DNA of 61,605 bases from an uncultured Francisellaceae bacterium (GTDB lineage Bacteria; Pseudomonadota; Gammaproteobacteria; Berkiellales; Berkiellaceae). Numbering within the stretch: the first letter of the stretch is position 1; every line of letters starts with the position of its first letter. Under the pieces are notes generated by a model, which did not search any database, was not told the DNA's origin, and saw nothing but the letters and a program-made list of their open reading frames with translations. This document shows positions 8,387 through 18,280 of this stretch, one piece after another. The stretch lies in assembly GCA_964433995.1 (NCBI GenBank), contig CAYSTH010000001.1, positions 1-61,605 of the forward strand, in the 5' to 3' direction. A program made the translations under genes and the position numbers.

Positions 8387-10510
8387 TCAATTCATCTGAC
8401 TGTTTTTTTTGGGTGGATGCCAATCTAAAGGATAAACGCTTTTTTCTATAGAACTATGTAATTCAACTAAGGGAAGTGGTTTACTAAAAAAATACCCTTG
8501 TATATAATCTGCTTCCATTTCTTTTAATATATTGTATTGATCAACGTTTTCAACCCCTTCAACCACCAAACGCATATCTAATGTTTTTGCCATTAAAATA
8601 ATACTTTTTATCATACTTTTAAGTTTTGTTTGAGTTAAGATATTGGTGATAAAGCTTCTATCTATTTTTAGATAACTAAACGGAAAATGATGCAACGTAC
8701 TCAAACTGGAATATCCTGTTCCAAAATCATCTATTGCAATTTGAATGCCTTTTTTTCTTAATTCTTCTAAAATATACAATTCTGAATCAGAATGTTTCAA
8801 TAAAACAGATTCAGTGACTTCTACTTTTATATTTTGATAACTTAAGAAATTTTCTTTAATCGCACGTTCTATCTCAAAAATAATCTCATTGTTTTCTAAT
8901 TGTTTAGCGGATACATTAATACATATATACCAATTTTCTTCTGGTTTGTATTTTTCTATTAATTTAGCCAGCGTTTCACATGATTGTTGAATAACAAAAT
9001 TACCTAGTTCTACAATCATGTCACTTTCTTCCGCAATAGGAATAAATTGCTCCGGAGAAACAAATCCTAATTCGGGGTGATGCCATCTTAACAATGCTTC
9101 AAAACCAGCGATTTGGCCATTTTCTGCTAAAACGATGGGTTGATAAAATACACTAAATTGCTTTTTATTTAGTGCTGATTTCAAGTTGTTAGAAATACGA
9201 AATTTCTTCTGAGCTTCTTCTCTTAAATCATTATCATAAAATACAAACCGACTTTTTCCCGATTTTTTTGCATGATATAAAGCAATATCGGCATCTCTGA
9301 ATATTTCATCGGAAGAGATGTAAGGCGATGTTTTATTGCACCATACTATCCCCATACTGACTGAGGGATTAATTAAATACTCTTGTATTTTAATAGGCGA
9401 GGTCAACACACTTGCCATACGCGTAATCATCATATGAAAAGAATGTTTATCTACAGGTTTTTGTATAATGACAGCGAATTCATCGCCACCTAAGCGTGAA
9501 ACCGTATCGGTATTTCTTACAATACTAGCTAAAGATTTTCCGACATGAATTAATAATTTATCCCCAACAGGATGTCCCATCGAATCATTAATATACTTAA
9601 AATTATCTAAATCAAATAATACTAAAGCAAAATCTTCAGACACAGCGCGTTTAAATCTAAGTAATGCTTGCTGTAATCTGTCATTTAACAAATTTCTATT
9701 TGGTAATTTAGTTAAAAAATCATGCATGGCATCATGCACCAATTGCTCTTCTATTTTTTTATTTTTTTCAATATCACTTTGAGCGCCCACCATCCTCACA
9801 GGCTGATCATTTGAATTCACCAAGGTGACCCATTTTGAAACAAACCATAAATACTGACCATTTTTATGCAGTAATCTATATTCACATTGGTAATTTTTTT
9901 CAACATTACTTTTAAGTGATTCTTCAATGTGATACAAAAGTTTTTCACAGTCTTCTGGATGCACTCGTTGAAGCCACATTTCTTTGCTTTCTTCTAATTC
10001 TGTTTCTTCAAAGCCTATCATCTGATTCCATCTTTTAGAAAAAAATACCCGACCTGAAGAAATATCCCAATCCCACAATCCATCATTTGAACCTTTTGCC
10101 GCCAATGCATATCTTTCTTCTCGAAGAGCAACATCTTCCGTGACCCTTTTGAGCGTTCGCTGATGTTCTTTATATTGTTTATCTATTAGTTCTTGTGATG
10201 TTTTAGTCACAAAATTCATTTGTGTCTCATAGTGAGCAGTAAGCCATTCGATAGAATTCTTACTGGTAAGGTAAGGACGAATAACAAAATAAAAAATCAA
10301 TGGTACCGAAACTAGTACTAATAAAAATGCATCTAAATAAACTGCCGCTGTTGATATCATCAGTGGTTGTAAATAGGGTAAAACAAACATGATTGAGCCT
10401 TCTACCAGACATTCAATCAGGGCAATTTTAATCATAATTTGAATAATTTCTTTGCGCGAAAAAATCATGAGTAGGCCCCCTATCAATGGATTTATCGATA
10501 GGGAACTCAT
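8387..10510 (-). CDS. Membrane-anchored PAS-GGDEF-EAL c-di-GMP turnover protein
   Basis: 707-aa ORF with hydrophobic N-terminal segments, a PAS-like block (NDGLWDWD...RVHPED), an intact GGDEF (RLGGDEFAV), an intact EAL (FEALLRW) and DDFGTGYSS. Confidence 0.9.
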   Translation of the reverse strand: MSSLSINPLIGGLLMIFSRKEIIQIMIKIALIECLVEGSIMFVLPYLQPLMISTAAVYLDAFLLVLVSVPLIFYFVIRPYLTSKNSIEWLTAHYETQMNFVTKTSQELIDKQYKEHQRTLKRVTEDVALREERYALAAKGSNDGLWDWDISSGRVFFSKRWNQMIGFEETELEESKEMWLQRVHPEDCEKLLYHIEESLKSNVEKNYQCEYRLLHKNGQYLWFVSKWVTLVNSNDQPVRMVGAQSDIEKNKKIEEQLVHDAMHDFLTKLPNRNLLNDRLQQALLRFKRAVSEDFALVLFDLDNFKYINDSMGHPVGDKLLIHVGKSLASIVRNTDTVSRLGGDEFAVIIQKPVDKHSFHMMITRMASVLTSPIKIQEYLINPSVSMGIVWCNKTSPYISSDEIFRDADIALYHAKKSGKSRFVFYDNDLREEAQKKFRISNNLKSALNKKQFSVFYQPIVLAENGQIAGFEALLRWHHPELGFVSPEQFIPIAEESDMIVELGNFVIQQSCETLAKLIEKYKPEENWYICINVSAKQLENNEIIFEIERAIKENFLSYQNIKVEVTESVLLKHSDSELYILEELRKKGIQIAIDDFGTGYSSLSTLHHFPFSYLKIDRSFITNILTQTKLKSMIKSIILMAKTLDMRLVVEGVENVDQYNILKEMEADYIQGYFFSKPLPLVELHSSIEKSVYPLDWHPPKKNSQMN

Positions 10511-10515
10511 AAACT

Positions 10516-13218
10516 TTAAAGCATTTTTTCTTTTATTCTACAGAATGAAGATAAATGACAAGTTCGACAGCTTTGCATACCACTTTTAGGAGCAACCTGT
10601 GCTTCACCGCTCATAAATGCCGTTGTAAGACCAGCTAAATGATGTCGCCAATAACTTAATAATGCTTGCCACAGCGAGTTGTTATTCAGTGTTTCTTGGC
10701 AACTGATACCATATTTGTTTAAGAGACTTTTTTGATGTTCTATAGATTTTACATCAGGTAACACATTTTCACTGTAAGTAATACCAACAAAATCACATTC
10801 CCCTGTAGGCTTAACCACACCAAAAGCAACCCCTAAAGGCACATAATCTGTTTCTATCAAACAATAAATGGGCAATTGCGGCTCATTAAGCCGTTCGCCA
10901 AAACAGTCTGCAAAACTGGCTTGACCTGTTTTATAGTCAATTAAAATAGCCTCTCCTGAGGTGGTTAAATCTACCCTGTCTATTCTTAAATTAAGTGCCA
11001 ACCCTTCGATTTGCATTGTCTGCCAACTTTCTCTGAGTAGCACACTAAAAGGTTCTCTTTTCTTTTCTAAATTTAACCAATTCATTAATACTTTTGTTAA
11101 ATTAGCCGTTTCATTTTGCCAAAAAACCTCCCCTAAACGATTAGGTTCTTTTTCTTGAAAAAGAATAATGCTTTTTTTAATTTTATCTTGAATCAGCGAT
11201 TCTAATTCTTGAACTGAATAATTTAACAATGTCTGATGATCTTTGAGCGTTGACCAAATTTTATCTAAAATATCATGCAAGAGTGTCCCTCTTTCCATCA
11301 CGCTTAGACCTAAAATAGACTCTTGCAGCGGTAATTTTAATTTAAGTCTTGCTTCTGAAAAACCTTTAAAAGGACAAATCGCCTGACATTTTAAAATACG
11401 TGTGCCGCCTGAAATTTTTTCATTTTTATCTACTTTAGGCGCATGATTATCTTCTACTTTTTCTATCCTAAATTCTTCAACAATCTGAACAGCTTGACTC
11501 TGTTTTAATTTTTCGACCTCTAAAATTGACATACTACGAATGCATTCACTTGGTAGACAAAGCTTATCTTCGTCGTACTGGCTATAAGAAAAAATAACGT
11601 CTGGTGCCGAAAACTTTAGCCTTTCTGTCATTTTTGAAGCCAAATCGTATTCTCTTTCAGCAGACGCATGTGGCATGGCTTTTTGGCGTTGCAATTGATA
11701 AGGTAAAAAAGGATTGGGATCCGGAGAAGCAGGCCAATTGTGATTATTCATACCCATTACCCATAAATGAGAAAAAAGCTGACCCGTACCTTCTAGTACG
11801 CCCATAATATTCACAGGCACATCACCTGTTTCTGCTTGAAAAGGAATAAAGGTTAAATAACTTTCAAAATCATTTAAATGTTCTTCATATTTTTTATGCG
11901 ACACAACTAATGATAATCTTGAAAACACTTCTAAAGCCTGATAAAAATGATGCACGATTTGATATTCTAAACTAGATAAGATGCGCGCTCCAGGAAAATC
12001 AAAGATCTCTAGGTAAGATTTCACTTTTTGTATAAAACCAGACAAATGAATAGCTGTTTGCTCTGGATTTTCACTATGCATTTTTTGTTTCAGATTATGG
12101 ATTAAAGTTAATATCATACTGGATTCAGTATGTTGTGATAACCAATGATGCAACTTATCAAAAGACCAGATAGTACGTCCATTTTGTTTTAGTAAACCCA
12201 TCACACGCAAATTTTCACTTTGCTCTTGACTATTTTTACTCAAATAAACATGACGCAACATAAAATCAATATCTGCTAAACGTGCGTATTTTTGCTGCAC
12301 AATGTTCAATATTTTCAATACCACTTTTACAAGTGTTTGACTACCCAGTGGCGTACCCGCAGATAAACTAAATCGATTGGTGATTATTTTTTGTGCGCAA
12401 TACTTTTGTTCAGGATGAAATACTTTTACAAATGCCTCTTCTATCTTTTGGCGATGCATAGCCAATTCAGGATGAACGACACCAATATTTTTCTCCCCTC
12501 TATCGACAAGTGCTTTTGCCCATTTGGCGATTGTGTCACATTCTTCTGTTGCTGTTCTAAAGCTTAATTGTTGAGAAACGGCAGATGATAGTCTCAAATT
12601 AACTTGAGAAAAGGTGAGCAATGATAATACTTGATTATAAATAGGAGGCAGATCATCAAACCCCAATAATATCCAGGATTGTTTTTGAGTAAGTTTGATC
12701 AATATTTCAGGATGTGAAACAAAATAAGAGGCGCGTTCAGATGCTGTTATCCATTGTTGATGGTTTAGTTGTTTTTTAAAAAACTGTCCCCATACCACAA
12801 ATTTTTTAGCATCATCAGTGAGTTCATTAAAAAAATGATTTTCTTCAAAGTAATCAGACATTCCCCATAAATGCAGATGACGCCAAGCTTGCATAACTAA
12901 ACTGGTTATTTTTGATAATTGAACAAACCCTTCTGGATACTGTGTTTGAATAATGTTAGCCCATAACGCCCTTTCTTGTTCTTTAGTTAACATAACAGGT
13001 ACATTCAAGGTGCTAAGCTCATAAGCTTGCCAAATTTCGTTGAATTTTTCTTCTAATGTATAAATATTGGGTTTTACCCAAGTTTTTTTGAATTGTTTTT
13101 GTTGATGGTTTTCTGCGTATCTTAATATTAATTTGTCTTTTAATCGGCTATTCACCGTAATAAGAGTGTGCCCTTCTAAAATATATTTCAGCACGTCATC
13201 GTAAGAAAGTTGGCTCAT
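10516..13218 (-). CDS. addB: AddB-type PD-(D/E)XK nuclease subunit with Fe-S cysteines
   Basis: 900-aa ORF. The C-terminal nuclease-like region contains IDRVD..LIDYKTG and the Cys pattern C..CPFKGF ... CRTCHLSSFC (C-x2-C-x5-C). It lies in the same strand block as addA. Confidence 0.7.
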   Translation of the reverse strand: MSQLSYDDVLKYILEGHTLITVNSRLKDKLILRYAENHQQKQFKKTWVKPNIYTLEEKFNEIWQAYELSTLNVPVMLTKEQERALWANIIQTQYPEGFVQLSKITSLVMQAWRHLHLWGMSDYFEENHFFNELTDDAKKFVVWGQFFKKQLNHQQWITASERASYFVSHPEILIKLTQKQSWILLGFDDLPPIYNQVLSLLTFSQVNLRLSSAVSQQLSFRTATEECDTIAKWAKALVDRGEKNIGVVHPELAMHRQKIEEAFVKVFHPEQKYCAQKIITNRFSLSAGTPLGSQTLVKVVLKILNIVQQKYARLADIDFMLRHVYLSKNSQEQSENLRVMGLLKQNGRTIWSFDKLHHWLSQHTESSMILTLIHNLKQKMHSENPEQTAIHLSGFIQKVKSYLEIFDFPGARILSSLEYQIVHHFYQALEVFSRLSLVVSHKKYEEHLNDFESYLTFIPFQAETGDVPVNIMGVLEGTGQLFSHLWVMGMNNHNWPASPDPNPFLPYQLQRQKAMPHASAEREYDLASKMTERLKFSAPDVIFSYSQYDEDKLCLPSECIRSMSILEVEKLKQSQAVQIVEEFRIEKVEDNHAPKVDKNEKISGGTRILKCQAICPFKGFSEARLKLKLPLQESILGLSVMERGTLLHDILDKIWSTLKDHQTLLNYSVQELESLIQDKIKKSIILFQEKEPNRLGEVFWQNETANLTKVLMNWLNLEKKREPFSVLLRESWQTMQIEGLALNLRIDRVDLTTSGEAILIDYKTGQASFADCFGERLNEPQLPIYCLIETDYVPLGVAFGVVKPTGECDFVGITYSENVLPDVKSIEHQKSLLNKYGISCQETLNNNSLWQALLSYWRHHLAGLTTAFMSGEAQVAPKSGMQSCRTCHLSSFCRIKEKML

Positions 13219-13306
13219 TATAAACTCTTTATTTAAACATTCGTCTTATATATACCCTATTCAGTTACACTTAAATATATTAAATTAAAAATGGAGCAAC
13301 TGAAAA

Positions 13307-14200
13307 ATGGATAACACCGAACACTCAAATCCCGTTATACTCTTTTCATATCCCAAACCAGATAATGATTTAAGCACCATGAAAAAAACAGATACCGTAT
13401 TTCTAGAACGTCCTACTGCCGGTTTAATTGGCCACAGAGGATTACCAAGCAAAGCGCCTGAAAATAGTCTGTTAAGCTTTGAACTCGCTGCAGAGGCAAA
13501 ACTGAGCATGGTCGAATTTGACGTTCAGGTAACCAAGGATGATCACCTGGTTATCATGCATGATGATACCATAGACAGAACCACTACAGGCAAAGGCTTA
13601 GTCTATAAACTGACGAGTAATCAACTTAAAGCTTATACTCTCAAAAATCATCATGATGTCAAAAATAACGAATTATCTATTCCTACTTTAATAGAAACCA
13701 TGGATTTATTACACACACGTCAAATCCAAGCTAATATCGAACTTAAATTACCCGAAGATTTGCCCGAAAATGAACTTGCCCCCATTCGAATAAAATTGCT
13801 CACTAGTTTTAAACACTATTTAGACACACATTGGAAAAATAAAACACCTTGGCCATTGGTTTCTTCTTTTGATCATCCTATCTTAATTCAACTTAGAAAA
13901 AGCTACCCGGCAATCCCTATTGGTTTTTTAAGTGAACAACCCACTGAAGAGCATTTAAACCTAGCTATACAACATAAACCGGCTAGTGTTAATGCCAAAT
14001 TTTCACACATCACCGAAGATTTTGTAAAATCTGCATCTGAAAAAAAGGTGCCTATCTTGGCATACACAGTGAATGACCCTGAAAAAGCACAAACATTACT
14101 TGATTGGGGCGTTTATGCATTATTCACCGATCTGGGAGATATGCTCGCTCCACTCTTAAAAAACAACGCCTCTAGCAATAAAGTAAATATCGGAAAATGA
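13307..14200 (+). CDS. Glycerophosphodiester phosphodiesterase family protein
   Basis: 297-aa ORF with GHRGLPSKAPENS, VEFDVQVTKDDHLVIMHDDTIDRTT and NIELK motifs. GGAG lies ~10 nt upstream of the ATG. Confidence 0.8.
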   Translation: MDNTEHSNPVILFSYPKPDNDLSTMKKTDTVFLERPTAGLIGHRGLPSKAPENSLLSFELAAEAKLSMVEFDVQVTKDDHLVIMHDDTIDRTTTGKGLVYKLTSNQLKAYTLKNHHDVKNNELSIPTLIETMDLLHTRQIQANIELKLPEDLPENELAPIRIKLLTSFKHYLDTHWKNKTPWPLVSSFDHPILIQLRKSYPAIPIGFLSEQPTEEHLNLAIQHKPASVNAKFSHITEDFVKSASEKKVPILAYTVNDPEKAQTLLDWGVYALFTDLGDMLAPLLKNNASSNKVNIGK

Positions 14201-14249
14201 AGCTAACTAAGTATTTAGATATGAGTGTGCTTTATGTTAAGATTCTGTC

Positions 14250-15317
14250 ATGAACAGAGAAATGATCACAATTAGAAATCTATCAAAATATTATGGTTTT
14301 GGGGCAGATCGCATAGAAGCCCTAAAAAATATTAATTTAGATGTCAAAATAGGTGAAGTATACGGTATTATCGGTCGCAGCGGCGCGGGCAAAAGCACCC
14401 TCATCCGTTCGGTAAACATGCTAGAAGTTCCATCTGAAGGAACAGTGTTTGTTAATAAACTAAATTTAACTGCCATGACAAATATCGAATTGCGAAGAGC
14501 TCGTAAGCAAATCGGTATGATTTTTCAACATTTCAACTTATTAGAGTCTAGGACTGTTTTTGAAAACATTAGTCTCCCTTTAGAATTAATAGGGGCGACC
14601 AAAACAGAAATTAAACATCGTGTTAATGAACTGCTTAACTTAACTGAATTAAAACGTCACCAAAAACAATATCCACATCAACTGAGTGGCGGACAAAAGC
14701 AACGTGTGGCAATCGCGCGAGCATTAGCAACTTCACCCAAAGTGTTGTTATGCGATGAAGCCACTTCAGCGTTAGATCCTCGTTCGACTCAATCTATTTT
14801 AGAGCTACTCCGCTCTATCAACAAAGAATTAAATCTCACCATTATGCTTATCACACATGAAATGGATGTGGTAAAAGAAATCTGCGAAAGTGTGGCAGTA
14901 TTGCATGATGGAGAAATTATTGAGCAGGGAGCTGTTTTAGATATTTTTACAAACCCACAAACTCAAGTAGCCAAAGATTTTATCAAAACGTCCACCAGAA
15001 TGGATATTCCCAAATCGCTACGAAGATTACTGAGACCCAAACCAGAAGAAAATGACAGCCGTCTTATCCGAATTTCTTACCGAGGTAGTGCCACATCTCA
15101 ACCTATTATTGGTTATCTCATTTCCCATTTTAAATTAACCATTAATATTATTCAGGCCAATATCGAAACCATTCAAGATGAAACAGTGGGTGTATTGGTC
15201 GTTGAAGTATCTGGCACCGAAGAGAATTTTCAGCAGGGTCTTCTATTTTTAAACCGCAATCAACTTAATGTCGAGATAATAGGATATGTACACAGAGCTG
15301 CTACAGGCTTTGCTTGA
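14250..15317 (+). CDS. metN: Methionine ABC transporter ATP-binding protein
   Basis: 355-aa ORF with Walker A GRSGAGKST, signature LSGGQKQRV, Walker B LLCDEATSALD and a C-terminal NIL-type regulatory domain. Confidence 0.9.
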   Translation: MNREMITIRNLSKYYGFGADRIEALKNINLDVKIGEVYGIIGRSGAGKSTLIRSVNMLEVPSEGTVFVNKLNLTAMTNIELRRARKQIGMIFQHFNLLESRTVFENISLPLELIGATKTEIKHRVNELLNLTELKRHQKQYPHQLSGGQKQRVAIARALATSPKVLLCDEATSALDPRSTQSILELLRSINKELNLTIMLITHEMDVVKEICESVAVLHDGEIIEQGAVLDIFTNPQTQVAKDFIKTSTRMDIPKSLRRLLRPKPEENDSRLIRISYRGSATSQPIIGYLISHFKLTINIIQANIETIQDETVGVLVVEVSGTEENFQQGLLFLNRNQLNVEIIGYVHRAATGFA

Positions 15318-15924
15318 AACGCTGTTAATGGTTTTTGCTTCTGGCCTAATCGCTTGCGTATTAGGCTTACCAATCGGCGTACTGCTTTCCATTACACGTA
15401 AGAATCAAATTTGGGAAAATCCTGCTTTTCATTACATTCTTGCTGGAATAGTCAATGCTACTCGCTCTATACCCTTTATTATCTTAATGATCGCGATTAC
15501 GCCATTTACCAGGTTGATTATGGGTACTTCTATCGGTGTACTGGCTACCTTAGTACCACTTAGTTTAGCAGCTATCCCCTTTTTTGCGAGAACAGTTGAA
15601 ACTGCATTGGAAGAAGTACCCGATAGACTGGTTGAAACAGCGTTATCGATGGGCGCGACACAAATGCAAATTATACGCAAAGTACTTATCCCAGAGGCAA
15701 GTGCCAGCATTTTGAGTGGCGTCACGCTCACATTGGTTAGCTTAGTTGGTTATTCTGCTATGGCGGGTGCTATTGGTGGCGGTGGCTTGGGCACACTCGC
15801 CTTTCACCACGGTTACCAACGTTTTGATACCGGTATTATGATTTCGACTGTGGTGATTTTAATTTTTGTGGTTCAACTTATTCAAATGGCAGGTGACTAT
15901 GCGGTCTCAAAATTCCAGCATTAA
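15286..15924 (+). CDS. metI: Methionine ABC transporter permease
   Basis: 212-aa polytopic ORF that overlaps the metN end, with an EAA-like loop (VEEVPDRLVETALSMGAT). Confidence 0.85.
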   Translation: MYTELLQALLETLLMVFASGLIACVLGLPIGVLLSITRKNQIWENPAFHYILAGIVNATRSIPFIILMIAITPFTRLIMGTSIGVLATLVPLSLAAIPFFARTVETALEEVPDRLVETALSMGATQMQIIRKVLIPEASASILSGVTLTLVSLVGYSAMAGAIGGGGLGTLAFHHGYQRFDTGIMISTVVILIFVVQLIQMAGDYAVSKFQH

Positions 15925-16735
15925 GATAATTCGTTTTATTACCCATATCACGATAACCTTAGTGATGATGCTAGGTCTCTATGCTTGCTCCCACAAACAA
16001 CGTGGCTCAAATGAAATCTACATTGGTACTATTGCTGGCCCTGAAAGCGATTTAGTGAAAACAGCTCAAGCCATTGCAAAAGACAAATATGACTTAACCA
16101 TAAAAGTCATCGAATTTGAAGACTACAATACGCCCAACACGGCTTTGGCAGAAGGCTCTATTGATGCCAACATGTTCCAACACCAACAGTATCTTGATTT
16201 TGTCATCGCACATAAAAAATTCCCTATTCAAAGCATTGGCAAAACATTTATTTACCCAATGGGGGGATATTCAAAAAAATATACCACTATTGGCCAATTA
16301 CCTGAAAAAGCCATTATTGCCCTACCGAATGATCCCAGTAACAGTGAACGTGCATTAAGACTCCTCGCTGATGCAGGCTTAATCACATTGAGCATGCCTG
16401 ATAAAAATCAGGTCACTGGTCTTAAAAATATTACCTCTAATCCGAAACAGTTTGTCTTTAAAGAACTTGATGCTGCACAATTACCTAGAGCATTGGAAGA
16501 TGTAGATTTGGCCGTGATTAATACTAACTATGCTATCCCAGCAGGACTCAAACCTAAAAGGGATGCTATTATTATCGAATCGAGCAAATCTCCTTATGCT
16601 AATATTGTTGCTGTCAGAACAAATGAAGCGGATGAACCAAAATATCAACAACTGATGAACTCACTTCATTCACCCGAAGTACTAGATAAAGCCAATGAAT
16701 TATTTGATGGGCAAGTACTGCCCGCCTGGAAGTAG
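15899..16735 (+). CDS. metQ: Methionine-binding lipoprotein (MetQ/NlpA family)
   Basis: I trimmed the ORF to the internal ATG (MRSQNSS...), which gives a signal peptide with the lipobox LGLYAC. NlpA-family body (IGTIAGPE..). Confidence 0.8.
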   Translation: MRSQNSSIKIIRFITHITITLVMMLGLYACSHKQRGSNEIYIGTIAGPESDLVKTAQAIAKDKYDLTIKVIEFEDYNTPNTALAEGSIDANMFQHQQYLDFVIAHKKFPIQSIGKTFIYPMGGYSKKYTTIGQLPEKAIIALPNDPSNSERALRLLADAGLITLSMPDKNQVTGLKNITSNPKQFVFKELDAAQLPRALEDVDLAVINTNYAIPAGLKPKRDAIIIESSKSPYANIVAVRTNEADEPKYQQLMNSLHSPEVLDKANELFDGQVLPAWK

Positions 16736-16744
16736 AAAACATTT

Positions 16745-17665
16745 ATGCCTAAACTAAGTGATATAGTATACAAATTCATACCTCATTTTTTTTGGGCAAT
16801 GCTGTTGTGTCTTTTTCATACAGGAATAGCTAATGCTAATAATGGACTAGATAACATGAAAGCACCCCACATACCTTTACTCGTAACAGATGCAACAGCC
16901 GATCAAACCTTGCCGAATAAGCTCCGAATTCTACCTCATTATCATGGCATTGCTGGAATAGTCGGTTCTGCCCAATTTAATGAAATGGGTTTGGCTGCCA
17001 TTGTATCAAAAATTCAAGCTCATCATCCCAAGAAAAAAATATGGTTAGTTGATTTGCGTCAAGAAACCCATTTTTTTGCCAATGGTCAACCTTTAAGCTT
17101 TTATGGCTATCATAATAGTGCCAATATTGAAAAATCTTCTGCACAAATTCTTGAAGAAGAATCTAAAGTTATTTCAGATTTTCAACATAAATCTGAACCC
17201 ACAATTGTTAACTTAGTGGTGGATAAAAAGAACGGTGAAATCACTAAAACTCGTCCTGTTCAAATGAATTTACAAACAAGTGAGTCTGAAGAAAGCTTAG
17301 CTAAAAAACATGGCTTAGCTTACAAAAGATTTTACATAACCGATCATAAAGCGCCCACTCCTGAAGCTCAAAAAGAACTTGTCACTTTTATCAATCAACT
17401 CGATGCAGATGATTGGGTCATTGTACACTGCCGAGGCGGAAAGGGTCGCACCACAACTTTTATGTTACTCACTGCAATATTAAAAGACAGAGAACAACAC
17501 AAAGTAAAATCTGTTCAAGAATATATTGAAGAACAAATTAGCTTAGGCGGCACAAACTTGTTTAACACAGATGACGGTGATGATGCTCTTTGGCAAAAAG
17601 AAAATAAAAAACACCGTGCTAAATTTATAGAACAATTTTACTCTGAGAGTAACCGTGGTCATTGA
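16745..17665 (+). CDS. PTP-like cysteine phytase / inositol-phosphate phosphatase with an N-terminal signal peptide
   Basis: 306-aa ORF. It has the CX5R P-loop HCRGGKGRTT and an upstream VDLRQETHFFANG motif typical of PTP-like phytases. The N-terminus is hydrophobic (FFWAMLLCLFHTGIANA). Confidence 0.75.
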   Translation: MPKLSDIVYKFIPHFFWAMLLCLFHTGIANANNGLDNMKAPHIPLLVTDATADQTLPNKLRILPHYHGIAGIVGSAQFNEMGLAAIVSKIQAHHPKKKIWLVDLRQETHFFANGQPLSFYGYHNSANIEKSSAQILEEESKVISDFQHKSEPTIVNLVVDKKNGEITKTRPVQMNLQTSESEESLAKKHGLAYKRFYITDHKAPTPEAQKELVTFINQLDADDWVIVHCRGGKGRTTTFMLLTAILKDREQHKVKSVQEYIEEQISLGGTNLFNTDDGDDALWQKENKKHRAKFIEQFYSESNRGH

Positions 17666-17678
17666 CCCATTGTGCCAA

Positions 17679-17930
17679 TTAATAATGATACCGACAAGAA
17701 ATAATCGTTAAAACATCATTTTCACAAGAATAAACAAGTCTGTGTTCTTCATCAATTCTACGAGACCAATAACCACTAAAATTCCCTTTTAATGGCTCGG
17801 GTTTCCCTTTTCCTTGAAAAGGAGAACGAGTGCATTCTTTGATTAATTCATTAATTCGACGCAATTTATTTTTATCAAGTTTTTGCCAATATAAATAGTC
17901 TTCCCAGGCATTATCGTCAAATAATATCAT
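17679..17930 (-). CDS. yoeB: YoeB/Txe-family toxin
   Basis: 83-aa ORF with ...WSRRIDEEHRLVY...ISCRYHY, a typical YoeB C-terminus. It lies 3 nt downstream of the antitoxin. Confidence 0.9.
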   Translation of the reverse strand: MILFDDNAWEDYLYWQKLDKNKLRRINELIKECTRSPFQGKGKPEPLKGNFSGYWSRRIDEEHRLVYSCENDVLTIISCRYHY

Positions 17931-17933
17931 TTA

Positions 17934-18188
17934 CTAGTCTTCTATCAGTTTTTTTTCTTTTACTTGATGTTTTTTCACATTTTCAATGCTTTTTATCAGC
18001 CGTGCATTATTTTCAGGACTTTTCATTAAATATAATGTTTCCTGAATTGCGTTGTAGTCTTCAAGTGAAAGGATAACAACAGGCTTTTCATTTTGCCTAG
18101 TGATAATAATCGGGGCATGATCATCGCACACTTTATTCATAGTCGCCGTAAAATTCTTTCTCGCTTGTGTGTAGGTAATCGCATCCAT
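17934..18188 (-). CDS. yefM: YefM/Phd-family antitoxin
   Basis: I trimmed the track ORF to the internal ATG at 18188 (MDAITYTQARKNF...), which is preceded by GAGGAGG. The 84-aa product matches the YefM pattern. Confidence 0.85.
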   Translation of the reverse strand: MDAITYTQARKNFTATMNKVCDDHAPIIITRQNEKPVVILSLEDYNAIQETLYLMKSPENNARLIKSIENVKKHQVKEKKLIED

Positions 18189-18280
18189 ATTAGCCTCCTC
18201 ATATATCATCACATTACAAAAGATTACCATATCAGTACCTAATCGGTAAACATTTAAATTAGTTTCAAAACTAATTCTCT

